Shown piece by piece: positions 60,802 through 64,000 of a stretch of 64,000 bases of DNA (its first letter is position 1; every line of letters begins with the position of its first letter). A program made the translations under genes and the position numbers. Origin of the DNA: Octopus bimaculoides (Eukaryota); contig NC_068981.1 in the NCBI RefSeq assembly GCF_001194135.2, forward strand, positions 153,006,059-153,070,058, given 5' to 3'. Under the pieces are notes generated by a model. It ran no database searches and had not been told where the DNA came from. It worked only from the letters and a program-made list of their open reading frames with translations.

Positions 60802-61070
60802 CTTCTCTTGCTTCTCCTCCTCCTCTTGCTTCTTCTCCTCCTCCTCCTCTTGCTTCTCCTCCTCCTCCTCCTCCTCCTCTTGCTTCTTCTCCTCCTCCTC
60901 CTTCTCTTGCTTCTTCTTCTTCTTCTTCTTCTCTTGCTTCTTCTCCTCCTCCTCCTCTTGTTTCTTCTCCTCCTCCTCTTGTTTCTTCTCTTCCTCCTCC
61001 CCTCCTCTTGTTTCTTCTCCTCTCCTCCTCCTCCTCCACTTGCTTCTTCTTCTTCTTCTTCTTCTTATCG
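60600..61070. repeat. Compound trinucleotide microsatellite (CTT)n/(ACT)n/(CCT)n grading into a CTCCTCCTCTTGCTTCTT-type minisatellite
   Basis: Directly visible; it is the source of the spurious poly-L/S/E/R ORFs. Confidence 0.95.
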
Positions 61071-61778
61071 GTTGAACGATATTTCAACAGTAAGTCTGTC
61101 TTTGTCAAGTTCAATTATGTTAAGAGGGTATTTGGTTGTCCTTTCTAGCAGGTCGATTGAGCGGATAAATGTTTTCCTAGTTTTCTCAATAACGCAGACG
61201 TAAACGTGGTTGTGTGGTAAGACGTTTGTTTCTTAACCTCATGGCTCCGAGTTCAATCCTTCTGCATGCACCTTGGATAAGTGTCCTCTACTATAGCAAC
61301 AGACCGACCAAGGCTTAGAGTAGATTTTATTGACGGAAACTGAAAGAAGTTCGTCGTATACATACATACATACATACATACATACATACACACATATACA
61401 TGTATGTGTGTGTGTGTATGCGCGTGTGTTTCTCTTTGTGTTTGTGTTCGTCCCACACCATCATTTGACAACTAGTGTTGGTTTGTTTATGCACCCGCAA
61501 CTTAGCGGTTCGGTAAAAGTAACCGATAGGATAAGTACCAGGCTTAAAATAGATAGTGTGGTCGATCCGTTCGACTAAACCATTCAAGGCGGTGCCCCAG
61601 CATGGCCGCAGTCCACTGACTGAAACATTTAACAGATAAAAAAATAAATAAACGCATACTGACGAAGCTTGTGTTACTATAACTACAACTGGAAATCAGA
61701 GAATAACCAAAAAATCACTTGTCATGCAGCCTCTCAAAAACATACAACAATAACGAATCAGTTTGAGAGTCTGTATAT

Positions 61779-62065
61779 CAGTGGTTCTCATCTGGAGTCT
61801 ATATAACCTCTGGAGTCGACGCAAATGAAATAGTAAATTGGGGAGTCACAGTAGTATTTATGTGTCCATGTAAGAATTTTGCTTCAGATGTAATTATTGC
61901 AAACAGCTAAGTTTCTTTCTCCAGCGTTTACATAGTGCAATTTACTCAGAAATTTTGAAAGAAGTTTTGTGATTACTATAGCAGAATAGTAATCAAAAGG
62001 GTGCATAGATAAAAAGAACAAAACAAAGAAACCAAAAACAAAACAAAAATGGTTGAGAACTACTG
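61779..62065. mobile_element. hAT MITE
   Basis: TIRs CAGTGGTTCTCA / TGAGAACTACTG; TSD not clearly preserved. Confidence 0.65.
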
Positions 62066-62831
62066 CTCTTTGTAAACAGTTGTCAAACAGAGACTCTCAA
62101 AGCTATTATATGCAGCTTTCGAGATATTTAGTTTCAGCAGCATTATTTTAACCTAAAGCTGTCTTAACGTCCTACTTGCAAGATTTTGAAGTATTAACTG
62201 CAAAATGAAGGCTTAATGAGGGTTTTTAACGAGCTGTGGTTACTCAATATATTCAATAAGTAAAAGTGTGTCTTAGAAGCTGTATATTTTCTTATTTACA
62301 AATATAATTTTTGATATATGTTACGTCTCTTGAACGAAAAAGATATCATATGTTGCCTTTTTACCGAACTCTTTGGCCACTTTATATAAATTGATTGCTT
62401 GACATGCTAGAAATATCAACCAAATCTAACCCTTCACCCGCAGACTTTTCTAAACTCGCACTGTCACTCTGAACAAGATACATCTACTACATGTTTGCTC
62501 AATTACAACAGCTTTCTAAAACCCTTTATGGTAAAGCTGTAGCTTGTACTTCCGGTAGACATGTCTCACCCTTAATATACAAGAACAGATAAAGGGAACT
62601 AGAGACGAAAGTTAAAAGAGACAGAAGGGATATGATACTCCTGTAAATGACATTGGAAAGAATTTATACTCTTGTAGGTGGTAAACCATAAAAGCAAGAA
62701 CATAGTGCATTATTTATTAATCTGAAGGTCAAATGCTTGCAACAAATGGTTACGTTAAAATAGATAATATTGCACGAATAGTTGCAGTAATTTTGTTGTG
62801 TCTAGGGAGAGTCATTATGCCAATATAATGA

Positions 62832-63063
62832 GGGCGGCGAGCTGGCATAATCGTTAGCACACCGGGCGAAATGCTTAGCGGTATTTCGTCTGCCGCTACG
62901 TTCTGAGTTCAAATTCCGCCGATGTCGACTTTGCCTTTCATCCTTTCGGGGTCGATTAAACAAGTACCAGTTACGTACTGGGGTCGATGTAATCGACTTA
63001 ATCCCTTTGTCTGTCCCTGTTTGTTCCCTCTATGTTTAGCCCTCTGTGGGCAATAAAGAAATA
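62832..63063 (+). mobile_element. Intact young family A SINE with a 10-bp TSD
   Basis: GGGCGGCGAGCTGGCATAATCGTTAG (A box)...GAGTTCAAATTCC (B box). AATATAATGA flanks it at 62822-62831 and 63064-63073. Confidence 0.88.
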
Positions 63064-63811
63064 AATATAATGACTTTCCCTTGACACAACAAAATTTGTT
63101 TCAACACACGAATTCACATGAAGAATATTGCAAACCAGATAAAAAAAACAAAAAAAAAACGAAGTACCAGTAATCGTTCTTCGGGAAAACCAGGAAAGGC
63201 TAAAAGAAAGAGCCATATGAACTTAAACGATCATATTTGAGAAAAAAGTAAATAAACATTGTTGAAAACTTAAACATGTCTAAGGCCTAAGTTCTAGAAG
63301 TCTATTTTTAATTTTAGAAAATTATTTTCGACATCAGATATAGATAGACTATTGATTAATCAGATATAGATAATCTATTGATTAAATTAGAGGAAGAATA
63401 AAGCAGGAAAAGAAACCGATAAACTACCTAGAGCTAGTATTTGAGATGCTTGAAAGGAGGAAAGAATTCTGGATAAAAATTAAGTTAGATGTGAATGGTT
63501 GTTTAGGAAAAGGAATGACTCAAGTTAGATGATAAATGAAGAAAAACAATGAAAATAGACATGAAAAGATACCAAAGACTGAGCTAATGTAAAAGTCAAG
63601 TAATGTGGAGAAAAGTGCTGTCGGGAACTGTCCAAATATGTTCAACTTCTTTGTTCTCATTGTTAACTATTTCTCTCAACAAGACATCTTTTGATACGAG
63701 ATAGAAATTTACTAATAAATTACTAGAATATATATAGTATATACATACATACAATATATATATGTATATGTGTGTGTGTATATAAGTATATATAGACACA
63801 CACACACACAT

Positions 63812-63858
<47 letters not shown>

Positions 63859-64000
63859 CATTTCTTTTATTAGCCACACAGGGCTCAACGAAGATGGGAC
63901 AAATACAATGTAGAGCTTTTCTTTTTGGGAGGAAAAAAAAGAAGAAAAAAAGTGGTGGTGTCGATCAAAAGGGATCGTAGGAAGGGAAAAAGGGGGAGTT

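Noticed and set aside
60506-61203. Long poly-L/S/Y/F/E/R ORFs of 131-189 aa
   Set aside because: They arise from a stop-free compound microsatellite and have no splice or codon evidence.
63858-64000. Probable 3' end of another LINE on the minus strand at the window edge
   Set aside because: Only ~140 bp are visible next to a (GATA)n tract, with no coding evidence to classify it.

Overview
AT-rich, microsatellite- and SINE-dense animal genomic DNA with N gaps. The repeat repertoire (tRNA-derived SINEs, RTE LINE tails, TTAA MITEs) looks like an Octopus genome; this is inference, not a database match. The only confidently identified gene is the 3' end of TBC1D13 (Rab-GAP) on the + strand: coding exons 11488-11569, 12979-13036 and 39641-39712, plus a probable spliced 3'UTR exon starting at 40258. 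Its earlier exons lie upstream of the window. The best novelty candidate is an antisense transcription unit nested in TBC1D13 introns. It has a promoter-like CpG-rich region near 22 kb, two leader exons carrying at least 7 upstream ATGs, and four phase-compatible small exons that join into an unrecognised 72-aa ORF. It could also be a lncRNA. Other observations: two competing donors at the TBC1D13 stop codon, several hairpins and fold-backs, a CpG-density step near 51.5 kb, a Helentron-type non-autonomous element inside a minisatellite, and hAT, mariner, pogo and piggyBac-type MITEs with target-site duplications. Nearly all ORFs in the supplied track are artefacts of microsatellites, N gaps or antisense repeat sequence. 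Repeat boundaries are approximate unless a TSD or TIR is quoted.
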